A stretch of 32,000 nt of DNA from Wallemia ichthyophaga EXF-994. Lineage: Eukaryota; Fungi; Basidiomycota. The position numbers and the translations under genes are program-made. Under the pieces are notes generated by a model. It was not told where the DNA came from. It saw only the letters and a list, made by a program, of their open reading frames with translations, and searched no databases. The DNA is taken from positions 352,592 through 384,591 of the forward strand of contig NW_008806278.1 in the NCBI RefSeq assembly GCF_000400465.1, given 5' to 3'. Below are positions 21,201 to 31,175 of this stretch, in pieces (position 1 is the first letter of the stretch; each line of letters begins with the position of its first letter).

Positions 21201-23439
21201 GCCACAACAATCCTGTCTGTGCTGCCATCAACTCAGCGAGGGAATCAGAGGCTTGTTCGTATAAAGGACGGAAATTAACTTTGAATTGCGCTGGGGTATT
21301 GTTAGCGTGAATTTTATTGTAGCAGAGACACTCACATAACATAAACATAGCACCAACTTTGCGACTCTCTTCACTGGCATCAGCAGCTAAGAGATGCTGG
21401 CCGACGCGTCGCAGTGTGAGGTTGCGATCGCGGGAACTCTCAATAGTAAGCGGAACTTGGTCGACTTGGAAGCACTTGTCGTAAATGACTTCTTGCTCGC
21501 CTCTGAGCTGACTGAGTAGCTTCAGTGATGACACTCTGAGCTCGGTTGAGTATGAAAGGATGTTTATTTTGAGGAGATTGATTGCATCGGTTGACAGCGT
21601 CGGTGAGACACCCTGCTCGCATAACTGTGACAAAGACCTTACTATCATTGCGTAATTGGAGTAACGCAACACGATATCGTTGATACGCTCCCTAACTGTG
21701 TCCTCCTTTCCTAATTTTGCAATGATTGAAATAGTGACCGACGTCAGCCAAACTTTGTTGTAAGGATGGTGGGAAAACTCATGCTGCACGTTGACATCAG
21801 TGCTAGCACTAGTGAGGTAATCGAAGAGGTTCATAATTTCCCCAGAGAACTGCTTAGCTTCAACACCGACATTAGCGTGGACGAGTATGGCGACATTGGA
21901 CAAGAGATCGATATGCGCGTCGGTAGAAGTGTTGCTGACGATACGAGCGGCAGCATCTTGAACGCATTTGCACAAATCCTTGTTGATGGTTCTGAAGAAA
22001 GCCTGGAAACGCTGCTGTGCGACTGTGCTTGTTAAAGGTAACTGCGCACGTTCAGCCAAAGTTGCGAGGAGGGTGTAAAACTCGTATTGATTGTCAGCAA
22101 ATGATGTTTTTGACATGGGCGGGAGTATAAACTGCTCGATACCTGACCACTGTAACTCTGACAATGCCATGCAGAAACCTAGTACGGACGATTTGTCATT
22201 GTGAGAGAAGACCTTATCGAGAATTTGAATACCCGGGCTAAGAAGGTCTTGAAGCTTGCCTGCACATAAAGCGGTAGCCAAAAGCTGTAAATATTGGATA
22301 AAAGTGGAGGATTGAAGCGATTTATTGGACAATGTGAGGAGGAGTTTGAAGACTGAACGGCGCGAAGATTCATCAACTCGTGTAGCCTTGCGTACACCCA
22401 TTAAAACCTGAGCAAACCGCATTGCAACTGAGAGGCTGCTGACATTGTTGGATTGATTGGTGTTTTGGTCTAGTGCATTGACAATGACATCAGAAATGGG
22501 ATTCAATTGAGCAGGATCTCTTATGTGGTGGATAGCTGCAATTAAAACGCGAATAGTAATGCTAGTGGAGGATGAGGAGGGGTTTTCAAGGGAATAATTG
22601 AGGATAAAGGAAAAAATGGAGTGTGTGCGTGAATGTAGAGAGTAATTCGGGGATTGGATAGCTTCAGAGATGGAAATGGCGATGGATTCTTCAAGTAGAG
22701 GAGAATTTGAAGTAGATTGCAACATGTGAGTTAATAAAGAGTCAAGCGGTGGACCTTTACACCTCCTCAAAAAAGCAGACCAAGCTTGAGCAATCCATTT
22801 GGCGTGTTCAGAGGTGTTTGTGATGAAAGGGATGAGAATGTTGTAGATATCAATTGCGGCATTGTTCTTTAAGAGGTGTTTAGATAGGTGAGACAAGAGG
22901 TTTGCCAAAACGACGTAACTCTTTTCTAAAAGTTGAGGATTGTTGTGGGCTATGTCAGATGTTGGGATGGAGAGGAGAATAGGGAGAATCTGATCAAGGT
23001 GAGGGTGTAAAAGAGAGGACAAAGATCTAGCCAAAGGAGGTATCAAACTGGACCAAAATTAGATGAAAATGACGCGAAAAAGCCAGGTAACTCACTCCAA
23101 GATACCAATCCAAGATCTCCACGGATCATCACCGAATTTAACAGATAAATGATAAGAGATGGAGGATATAATTTTTGATTTAAAGTGAATAACTTGTTCT
23201 AGGGAGTGAGTGAGAGGGTAGATTTCTTTGTATAAGGAAGTGAAGCCGTAGTGCAAGTTAATTTCAGAAATCTGCTGTAATCGAGTGTGAAAAGGGTTGT
23301 GATCGCTGTCATCAGTGTAATCCAAATCGTTCAAAGATTTAAGAAGAATCTGCTTAATATTGATGTTGTTGAATTTTTTATTTAAATTCTCAAATTTATA
23401 CCTTTTATTTGAATTTGAAGGGTTTAGACTTCGTTTCAT
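15300..23439 (-). CDS. UTP20: SSU processome HEAT/ARM-repeat protein Utp20; about 7 introns
   Basis: ATG 23439, N-terminal KRYKFENL...EINLHYGF..LYKEIYPLTHSLEQVIHFK, DEEANFFNNIHHVQLHRRSRALQRL, RGAQLHVLSYTVH, LDYPQGKARI, YESGRLSVMELL, W..V.R.QSAKL and a basic C-terminus; about 2.6k aa. Introns at e.g. 23048-23095 and 21291-21335; the last small exon ends at TAG 15302-15300. Confidence 0.92.
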
Positions 23440-23607
23440 TTCGATGTTGAGAATTGAGAAGAATGAACAAGTAAGTAGATGATGGAAGTAGCAATCAAAG
23501 AAGGAAATCAAATGAATAAATTAGAAACAGAATTTCGTTTTTAGTTAATTGGACTGTCTTGACTTCACTGATTTACAACAAAATGGTTTTATCTGATAAA
23601 ATTGTCG

Positions 23608-23666
23608 AGATGAGAAGGCAGAAGATGGCTCAGATAGGCGTGTTGGAGGACATCTTGGGAGATGAG
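23608..23666. promoter_or_regulatory. Two GAGATGAG (PAC-like) motifs in the UTP20 / RRM-gene divergent promoter
   Basis: GATGAG cores at 23610-23615 and 23661-23666, both preceded by GA. PAC is the ribosome-biogenesis promoter motif of budding yeasts. Confidence 0.35.
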
Positions 23667-23770
23667 AATGCAACCATCGACTCAATTGTACGCTCAAAGA
23701 ATTTATCAAATTTATTTTAATTTTCAACGCTTGGATCGTTCTTGACCCGGAACGACCAACAAATACCCAA

Positions 23771-25331
23771 ATGATGGAATTACTAAATAATGATATCCAA
23801 GACTACAATCATTTCATTCTACAACCCACATTCACTCATTCTCATTCTCCTTCTCCTTCTTACTCTCCTCTCCAACACCCAGGCAGGAACATCTACGTTG
23901 GAAACCTCCCATCAGACGCTACTATTGATCAACTCCTAAATCTCGTCAAATTTGGTCCCCTAGAATCTATAAAGCTTTTCCCTGAGAAATCCTACGCTTT
24001 TCTAGCCTTTTTGGATCCAACTATAGCTATTCAATTCTATCATGACGCTACTACGCGTAAAATTACTCTACATGGGCAAGAATTGAAGTTTGGCTGGGGT
24101 AAAAATTCTCAGATTCAAACAAATGTCTTACTCGCTGTACAACAATCAAACGCTTCCAGAAACGTTTATATTGGTGGTATTGACGACTCAACTACACACG
24201 ACAGCTTGTCAAAAGATATGAGTAAATTTGGTCCAATTGATCAAATTAAGATTGTTCATGATAAGAAGATTGCCTTCATTCACTATCTCTCCATTTCCAC
24301 AGCTATAAAGGTTGTTAACGACCTCCCACACCATCCAAACTACTCGAACAAGCGCATCAACTACGGTAAAGACAGATGCGCTTACATTCCTCGCAATCAA
24401 CAACAACCCTCTACTCAAGCTCTTAGAACTGCTGCTGCTATTGCTGCTAGCTCCGGATACCCTTACTCGATGGCTGGTTTTAGCCCTTCTGCTGCAGCCG
24501 CTTTCCTCAATTCTAACACTTATGAAAACTACCTCAACCCCCAACTAACCTCAAACAATCTCGCTGGTCTGACTAACATGAACAGTCTCTCAGGTCTATC
24601 TAATCTCCCTGCCATCCCTACTGTCCCTCTTGATAACATCGGTAATAGGACTGTTTACCTTGGTAATTTATCTGAAGAGACTACTGCTGAAGAATTATGC
24701 AACGCTATTAGAGGTGGTATTATTCAATCCATTAGGTATTTGTCAGACAAGCATATCGCATTTGTTGTTAGTGCGGAATATAATTAACTAAACATTTAAT
24801 AACCCACTCTTTCAGACCTTCATCGATCCAACAAACGCTTTGACTTTCTATCAAGTTGCGTCTTATCAAGGTATCACTATCCACAACCGTAGACTGAAAA
24901 TAGGTTGGGGTAAACACTCAGGCCCACTCCCTCCAACGCTTGCTTTATCTGTTCAAAATGGAGCAACTAGAAATGTCTATGTCGGTGCACTCACTGATAT
25001 GGATACCTTCAATGAAACAAAAATACGTTCGGATTTCGAGGTATTTGGTCAAGTTGAACAAGTCAATTCGCTGCGGGAAAAGGGATGCACCTTTGTCAAT
25101 TTTACCAACATTGCACACGCTATCAAAGCAATAGAGGCAATAAAGAATGACGACGAGTATATTAAAGCAGGCATAAAAATAAGTTACGGTAAAGATAGAT
25201 GTGGGAATCCACCTAGATCACTCTCAGCGAGTATGAATGGTAGGTCATCGCAAAGACCCTCACCAAGTCCAAATTCAACACCCACTTTCGATACCAGTCC
25301 GGTATTCCAAGATGTGACGAACCGCATCTAA
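23771..25331 (+). CDS. nrd1: Four-RRM RNA-binding protein of the S. pombe Nrd1 / S. cerevisiae Mrn1 type; join(23771..24766,24816..25331)
   Basis: RNIYVGNLP..AFLAF..LKFGWGK, SRNVYIGGID..AFIHY..INYGKDRC, NRTVYLGNL..AFVTFIDP..LKIGWGK, ATRNVYVG..FVNF..ISYGKDRC: the paired-RRM duplication typical of this family. 49-nt intron GTTAGT..CAG. Confidence 0.85.
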
Positions 25332-25677
25332 ATAAGTACCCAAATAGCAAAACGATTACCTAATTAACTAATATAGACTAATACAATTTTACGGACGGAG
25401 CTGGTTTGCGTGTTGTTAAACTGGTAAATTTCGGAATTTTTCAATATTTCAACTAACTTTATTGATTTTACTCTACTATCTCGCTTCAACCGACTCAGGA
25501 ACATTAATTGTGAAATATTTCAACTACTCTTCTCAGAAACAACAGACACTCGCTAGACTTAAACACCTTCTCTTTAGATGATTTCTCGTAAATGAAAAAT
25601 TTTGTTTTGTAAGCGGATGGAATTTTATAAGACGATAAAGATGTTGGTTTAAGACAATCACCTCCAAAGTTAAAACA

Positions 25678-26916
25678 ATGAGTTACGGTGGATAGTAGGG
25701 AGAAGAGTGTGGGACGTGAACAGCACTGACGCACACGCATAGCGGCGCACCCAACTATCCAAGTGCACCCGGCTACGGTTCCGCACACAGGGGCAGTTAC
25801 GGCGCAGCACCTGCAGTTGCAGGCAGAGGTAGCTATGCGAGTGGGGCAGGAGCACCAGGAGCAGCACCTGTGTACTCACGTCACAGTCCTGCACCTGGCT
25901 ACACAGGTGGTTCAATGACAGGAGCAGCAGCGGCGGCGCCTTCATACTCTCGGCACAGCCCAGCTAGCGCATACGGTGCACCTGCACCCAACGCATACGC
26001 TAGTGCAGGCTTCACGAGACCACGTCCACCGACGACGTACATTGATCCAAATGTACGCAGCTGGTTCGAGACGGTCGACAGAGACAGGACCGGTCAGATA
26101 AACGCTACAGAGTTACAGATGGCGCTTGTAAATGGCGATTACAGCAACTTTGATCTGGATACAACGCAGATGCTGATTGGTATCTTTGACGTTGACAAGA
26201 CAGGTACCATCTCGATCGACGAGTTTGCCGGCGTTTTTAAGTGTGTTTGGCCAGTGCGAGTCGTTGGCCGCGGCTGATCTGATTGCCAGGTACATCAACG
26301 ACTGGCGCAACGTCTTTCAACATTTCGATGTGGACAGATCGGGAACGATTGAGGGACATGAATTGGCTGCTGCTCTCTCTCAGTTCGGTTATAGGTGCGT
26401 AAAGAGCGTGTCATATTGTTATGATGCTGAGTATTCTTTACAGACTCACGCCATTCACCCTGCGCGTGTTGGAGGATAAATACGGCGAGTTATGCATGTC
26501 CCGTCCAAGGCTCTGGCTGACGTTTAATGCTTTCCCTTCGCATATCTTCTTCTTCCTCTGCCTCTCATTTGCATTCCTCTCAAATATCTTTGTCTTCTCA
26601 CTTTCCAACTTTTTCACATCGCTCATCAACATACTCCTCGTTGGTCTGTTTTCATACATTTTGTGGGACTTTGCACATACAGGCAATCCTAACTACAACA
26701 GACGCGTGCCATACGGAGCTGGGATGCAGGGTATCTCATTCGACAGGTGAGTAGTGTTTGGTATCTTTGCCGTGCTGAGACACTCGCAGATTCGTCAGAT
26801 GCTGCGTCGCTGTAAAGACGCTCTCGGAAAACTTCTATAGACTAGACGTCAACAGGAGCGGCTATGTCAATATGGACTATGAAATGTTCCTCCAGTCTGC
26901 GTTGGCTGCTCCATAA
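25678..26916 (+). CDS. PEF1: Penta-EF-hand protein Pef1 (peflin/ALG-2 family) with G/P/Y-rich N-terminus; 5 introns, one GC-AG
   Basis: WFETVDRDRTGQINATELQMALVNGD, MLIGIFDVDKTGTISIDEF, WRNVFQHFDVDRSGTIEGHEL..AL.QFGYRL, ISFDRFVRCCV, F...DVNRSGYVNMDYEMF. Introns 25695-25742, 26241-26289, ~26395-26443, 26485-26682, ~26747-26789. Stop TAA 26914-26916. Confidence 0.9.
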
Positions 26917-27151
26917 AGGTGAGAATTTTCGCACGCAGGTGTGTTCTACGAGGGTAATAACACGTAGTTGCTAATTAATATATGTAGTATAGTGTGGCTT
27001 AAGGGGCTTATTCTAGTGTATAAACATTTTCATGCATTTTCACACGCCCAGAATAACACGTGATGATTCGGAGATTTCAGGGAATAGCCAGCACAAGACG
27101 GGGGAATTAGGCGGGTATTCTAGCATTTGAACACCCAAGAACACAACCAAC

Positions 27152-28184
27152 ATGAGCAAAATGAGCAAAGCAGACAACGGTAAAGTACCACTGTCGACGC
27201 ACCTAATCGCAGGCGGTGTAGCTGGAGCAGCCGAAGCACTGGCGTGTCATCCTCTTGACACGATCAAAGTGCGCATGCAGCTGTCTAAGTCGAGGCAAGC
27301 GCGTGGTTTGAAGCCCCTTGGATTCTACCAAACGGGTAAATACATCATCACCCGCGAATCTGCATTCGGGCTCTACAAAGGTTTAGGTGCGGTTTTATCA
27401 GGAATTGTCCCCAAGATGGCTATTAGGTTCGCCTCTTTCGAACAATACAAGTTGTGGCTGGGAAAAAACAACAGAGACGGCTCACTCGCCCCCACCAAGG
27501 TTTTCATTGCTGGTCTCGGCGCAGGCACGACAGAGGCGGTTGCTGTTGTCACCCCTATGGAAGTTGTCAAGATCCGTCTGCAATCGCAGCAACACTCAAT
27601 GATGGATCCGCTTGATGTCCCAAAGGTGAATATTTTCACCATGCCACGAAATTACCAATACTGACAGCAGCACGCTGCGTACTTAGTACCGCAACGCCGC
27701 GCACGCCTGCTATACCATTGTAAAAGACGAGGGCATCGCGACGCTTTACAGGGGTGTCACGCTCACAGCGCTTCGCCAGGCAACCAACCAGGGCGCCAAC
27801 TTTACTGCGTACCAGCAACTCAAGGCTGCCGCGTACACGTACCAGCCACATTACAATGGCGCAGAACTACCAAGCTGGCAGACAGTCATATTTGGCTTCA
27901 TCTCGGGCGCGGCTGGTCCACTGACAAACGCTCCGATCGATACTATCAAGACGCGCATCCAGAAGGCTCACAGGGTGCAGGGCGAGACTGCGCTATCAAG
28001 GCTGTTAGGAGTCGCTGGCGATATGTGGAAACAGGAGGGAATTGCGTCCTTCTATAAGGGTATCGCACCGCGTATTCTCCGTGTCGCACCTGGACAAGCC
28101 GTTGTGTTCGCTGTCTTCGAGAAAGTGAAGCCAATAGTGGAGAAGGTGAAGGGGGAATATCTCTACGAGCCATCTGACAACTGA
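27152..28184 (+). CDS. SFC1: Mitochondrial succinate-fumarate carrier Sfc1/Acr1; join(27152..27625,27687..28184)
   Basis: Three carrier repeats (HPLDTIKVRMQ, TPMEVVKIRLQ, APIDTIKTRIQ) plus Sfc1-typical GIVPKMAIRF and LTALRQATNQGANFTAY. Confidence 0.9.
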
Positions 28185-28222
28185 AATGTGACTAACATGT
28201 ACAAGTTTCATGTATTCATCAT

Positions 28223-28627
28223 CTACTTAACATTCTCACTGCCCTTGTCGCCGTTCTCACCGTCGCTGCCTGGCATAATATCACCGACCATCTCCTTGGC
28301 ATCGATACCAGCCTCTTTCAACTCGTTATTCAGCTCTTGAGATAATTCCTTTACTTTTTCATCGCTCGCGAGTGACCAGAGTGTGGATGCTGATGGGTTG
28401 GAGCCAGGTTCAACGCCCTTATCGTGCATAACCTGGCTGAGTTGCTTGATAATTTCAATGGCTTTAGGTGCTTTCGAGAGTTTTTCAAGGAGTTGCGCTT
28501 GTTCGCTCGATCCGAAGCCTGAAGCATATCTGTGCGTGTGACTGAGTGTGATTGGAGTGACTGCAGCTCTGGGAATTCCCACTCTGCTGCTTCTCAAAGC
28601 GACGCTTCTAGCAATACCTGAGAACAT
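28223..28627 (-). CDS. Hypothetical 134-aa protein with predicted mitochondrial presequence
   Basis: Intronless ATG-initiated ORF. N-terminus MFSGIARSVALRSSRVGIPRAAV...HRYAS is R/S/A-rich and acid-free with an R-Y-A-S cleavage-like site, followed by a helical body. Confidence 0.75.
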   Translation of the reverse strand: MFSGIARSVALRSSRVGIPRAAVTPITLSHTHRYASGFGSSEQAQLLEKLSKAPKAIEIIKQLSQVMHDKGVEPGSNPSASTLWSLASDEKVKELSQELNNELKEAGIDAKEMVGDIMPGSDGENGDKGSENVK

Positions 28628-28653
28628 GATGGCTGTTGTTTATCAACCACCAA

Positions 28654-29484
28654 ATGCACGTCTTCCCGGGAGACAGCATAGACGTTCCCAGTACATCCAG
28701 CGCTGTAGCTGGCATACACACCACGCGTACTACAGGTGCTATCAGTACACGAGCAGGCGTCCTCAGCAGTGGCGGTGGCGATGGCGGCAGAAACGATATT
28801 GACATGGATACGGACAGGAAAAAGACTAGACCGCACATACACGTCGCAGAACAGCGGAGAGTGGGTGTGCGTGTATATCTTTCTGACCAAGTAGCTCACC
28901 GTCGCACAAGTACCTCGCCTGCACGCACGACAGCGTTATCGGACAAGTGATATTCAGGGGCGCGGACGGCTACAGAGTCGACGTGGGCTCAGCCTCCACG
29001 GCTAACCTCGATGCACTCGCTTTCGAAGGAGCCACCAAGCGCAATAAGCCGAATCTCAAGGTGAGTGGGCAGTTGAGTCGTGAGTTGGTCAATTGCTGAC
29101 TCCACTGCGCTATTCTCCCAGGTCGGCTCACTGGTTTATGCTCGCATCAGTCTCGCTCATAGGGATATGGAGACTGAACTCGAATGTCTCAACCCTGCTA
29201 CAGGTAAAGCAGAGGGTTATGGAGAGCTCAAAGGTGGCCTGCTCGCTGATAATCTTAACATTAACTTGTGTAAATCCCTTCTGGAGAAAAATAGCTCACT
29301 GATGAACTCACTCATGAACGCTTTCAACTTCCCTTTCGAATTGGCTACAGGTGTTAATGGTAAGGTTTGGATAGGCGCTCCTTCCCCTTCCCAAGTCATT
29401 GCTGTGTATCGCACCATACTTAGAGCTGACAGGGAGGGCGTCCATGTTCTCACTGAGGACTGGTTCGCAGAGTTGGACGAGTAA
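28654..29484 (+). CDS. RRP40: Exosome cap subunit Rrp40; introns 28861-28910 and 29061-29121
   Basis: VFPGD N-terminus, YRVDVG...LDALAFEGATKRNKPNLKVGSLVYARIS (S1), ELEC..ATGKAEGYGELKGG, FELATGVNGKVWI (KH). Confidence 0.92.
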
Positions 29485-29657
29485 AACGACGCGAATCGCA
29501 AATAATATATGTTGAATACAATACATGATAAGTTATTTATAAGCATATGTCATTACATTGATCAATTGATGATTGATGATTCATGTTATGTGAAAATAGT
29601 CCAGTTGAGTGATGAGGTAGTATAGTAATCCGAATTTGAGCTGCTAAAAAGACTCAT

Positions 29658-30900
29658 TCAATAGTATACATTGTAATTGAATTGAGGCTCGCTCTTGGGG
29701 TAGACGTATCCATCGTCGTAGAGCAGCTGTTGCATCGCGTTTGCAGCTTGCATTGTGCCATCGCTCGCCTTGTATGGTGATGTAGTCGTAGGTGACAGTG
29801 ACGCCATGTAGTTGGATGATGGCGTCATCGTAGGTGTCATTGTTGGCGTGACCGGGTCAGACAAAGGCGTCAAGCTTCCGCTGTGAGGTCCCATTTCGAT
29901 GCTTGAAGACATACCCATGTTAGCGGGCATTTGCATGTTGGTTGGCAATAATCCGAGTGAGTTTGAAGCTGAGTTGTGAGCAATCCCATTTGAATTCTCC
30001 ATTGAGTTCTCTACAACACCGCCCAAATTGTAATCGTTGAGTAATGAGCCATCAATCCCCATACTCAAATCGCTCACAAGCCAATCGTCGAACTGCTGCT
30101 GCTGTGGTGCAGGGAGTAGCGCTTCGAATTCGATCGGTGAGGAGTATTGTGAGTAGTTTGGTGTTGGATATCCGTAGTATTGTGGGTGAAATTGATGTTG
30201 CTGTTGATCTTGCTGTTGTTGTTTCTGTTGTTGTTGTTGTTGTTGTTGTTGCTGCTGTGTGATCACACCAGTGCTCTTTCGGCGACTGTGCTCCACCGCA
30301 CTAACGCTCTTTGGAAGGTGTGTGCGGGTAAAAGCAGTCTTAGTATCTGCCTCTGAGTAAGATCTCTTCTTTCTCTCTGTGGAAGCACCACGCTGTAATT
30401 GCTGCTGCTGTTGCTGTTGCTTCTTGGGCACTTTCTTGTGGATAAGCGAAGGGTGTGGCAGGTATCCTCTCCTAATATCTGGGTGGCTGTATACGAACAG
30501 ATCACTAAAACTTCTGATTGGATTATTGGGGTTGCATGTACACTCTGATTCTGTCTTAAGCGAGTAGTTGGCTGCACTCCTCTGCCACGCGTCCCACCTA
30601 TCGCTTGTTTGTCCGCTCTTGCTGTTTACTGGCTGGATATCTTTGAGATACTCGATGAATTGCGTCTGCAGATGTCAGTGCCTGTACACCTCCACAACCC
30701 AGTTACCCACTCTGTTTATCACTATGCAGTTGCCTGAGCAGCAGAAATCAATCCCTGAGTGCTGTGTCTTGAGTGCACAATACAGTCTTGGTATCCATGT
30801 ACGCTTCGCTGTGCTCTGATAGAAATAGAATTTAATTAGTATTATGCAGTGTGCGTGAATTAGTACCACTCACTAATCCAGTCGCTGGGTCAACTCTCAT
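29658..30900 (-). CDS. Poly-Q transcription factor with highly divergent HSF-type DNA-binding domain; complement(join(29658..30665,30711..30815,30874..30900)), ~379 aa
   Basis: ATG 30900; introns 30816-30873 (GTGAGT..CTAAT..CAG) and 30666-30710 (GTGGGT..CTGAC..CAG) keep frame with the track ORF 29658-30431. Product WIPRLYCAL...IDFCCSGNCIVIN.TQFIEYL...WDAWQRSAANYSL...FVYSHPDIRRG...LIHKK aligns by eye to the HSF pattern F..KLY.M...I.W...G..F.I....F...L...F.SFVRQLN.YGF...WEF.HP.F.RG...L..I.RK. Confidence 0.65.
30196..30258 (-). repeat. CAA/CAG trinucleotide tract encoding poly-Q; a second shorter tract lies at ~30399-30422
   Basis: (ttg)n/(ctg)n on the + strand, in frame within the HSF-like CDS. 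Confidence 0.85.
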
Positions 30901-31056
30901 CCTTGATGCAGGCATTTTCTTGTTTTTCAATCTTGTAATTGTAAGTTGATTGCGTTTAAGAAACCATCAGTTCGATCAGCGGGCAGACCTTTTATGGAGC
31001 GCATCTAAAACATGGCAGAGTTGCCCAGATTCAGGGCACCGTTGAAAAATAGGGGT

Positions 31057-31175
31057 CTCACCTTCAACCCCGGCCGCTGCCCTAATTAACCTGGGCCGAT
31101 GAGTAAATTCTATTTGGCCTAGGGGCAGTTTTTATGCATGGATGAGCAGGGGTAAGGGGCCGTGGTGAGGTTGAG
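31057..31175. other. Intergenic GC-rich nested inverted-repeat element (possible structured RNA or cis element) overlapping four AGGGG motifs
   Basis: 31057-31075 pairs with 31158-31175 (15 Watson-Crick pairs + 1 G-U, 2 mismatches, 1 bulge); 31077-31082 with 31123-31128; 31091-31097 with 31116-31122. AGGGG at 31051, 31121, 31148 and 31155. Confidence 0.45.

Noticed and set aside
23545-23727. 60-aa minus-strand ORF in the UTP20 promoter
   Set aside because: Starts with TTG, low complexity, and no splice or homology link to UTP20.
25593-25603. Exact RRPE motif TGAAAAATTTT upstream of PEF1
   Set aside because: AT-rich context makes a chance match likely, and PEF1 is not a ribosome-biogenesis gene.
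26541-26644. Cassette exon inside the PEF1 long intron using a mutated acceptor (CGCATAT)
   Set aside because: No AG is available, and phases with candidate donors at 26640/26644 do not restore the frame.
26438-26686. Antisense K/E/R-rich 82-aa ORF nested in the PEF1 long intron
   Set aside because: Expected mirror of a pyrimidine-rich, stop-poor intron; it overlaps PEF1 exons and has no recognisable motif.
31080-31092. CCCTAATTAACC as a telomerase RNA template or telomeric repeat
   Set aside because: Only one CCCTAA unit; a template needs about 1.5 repeats.
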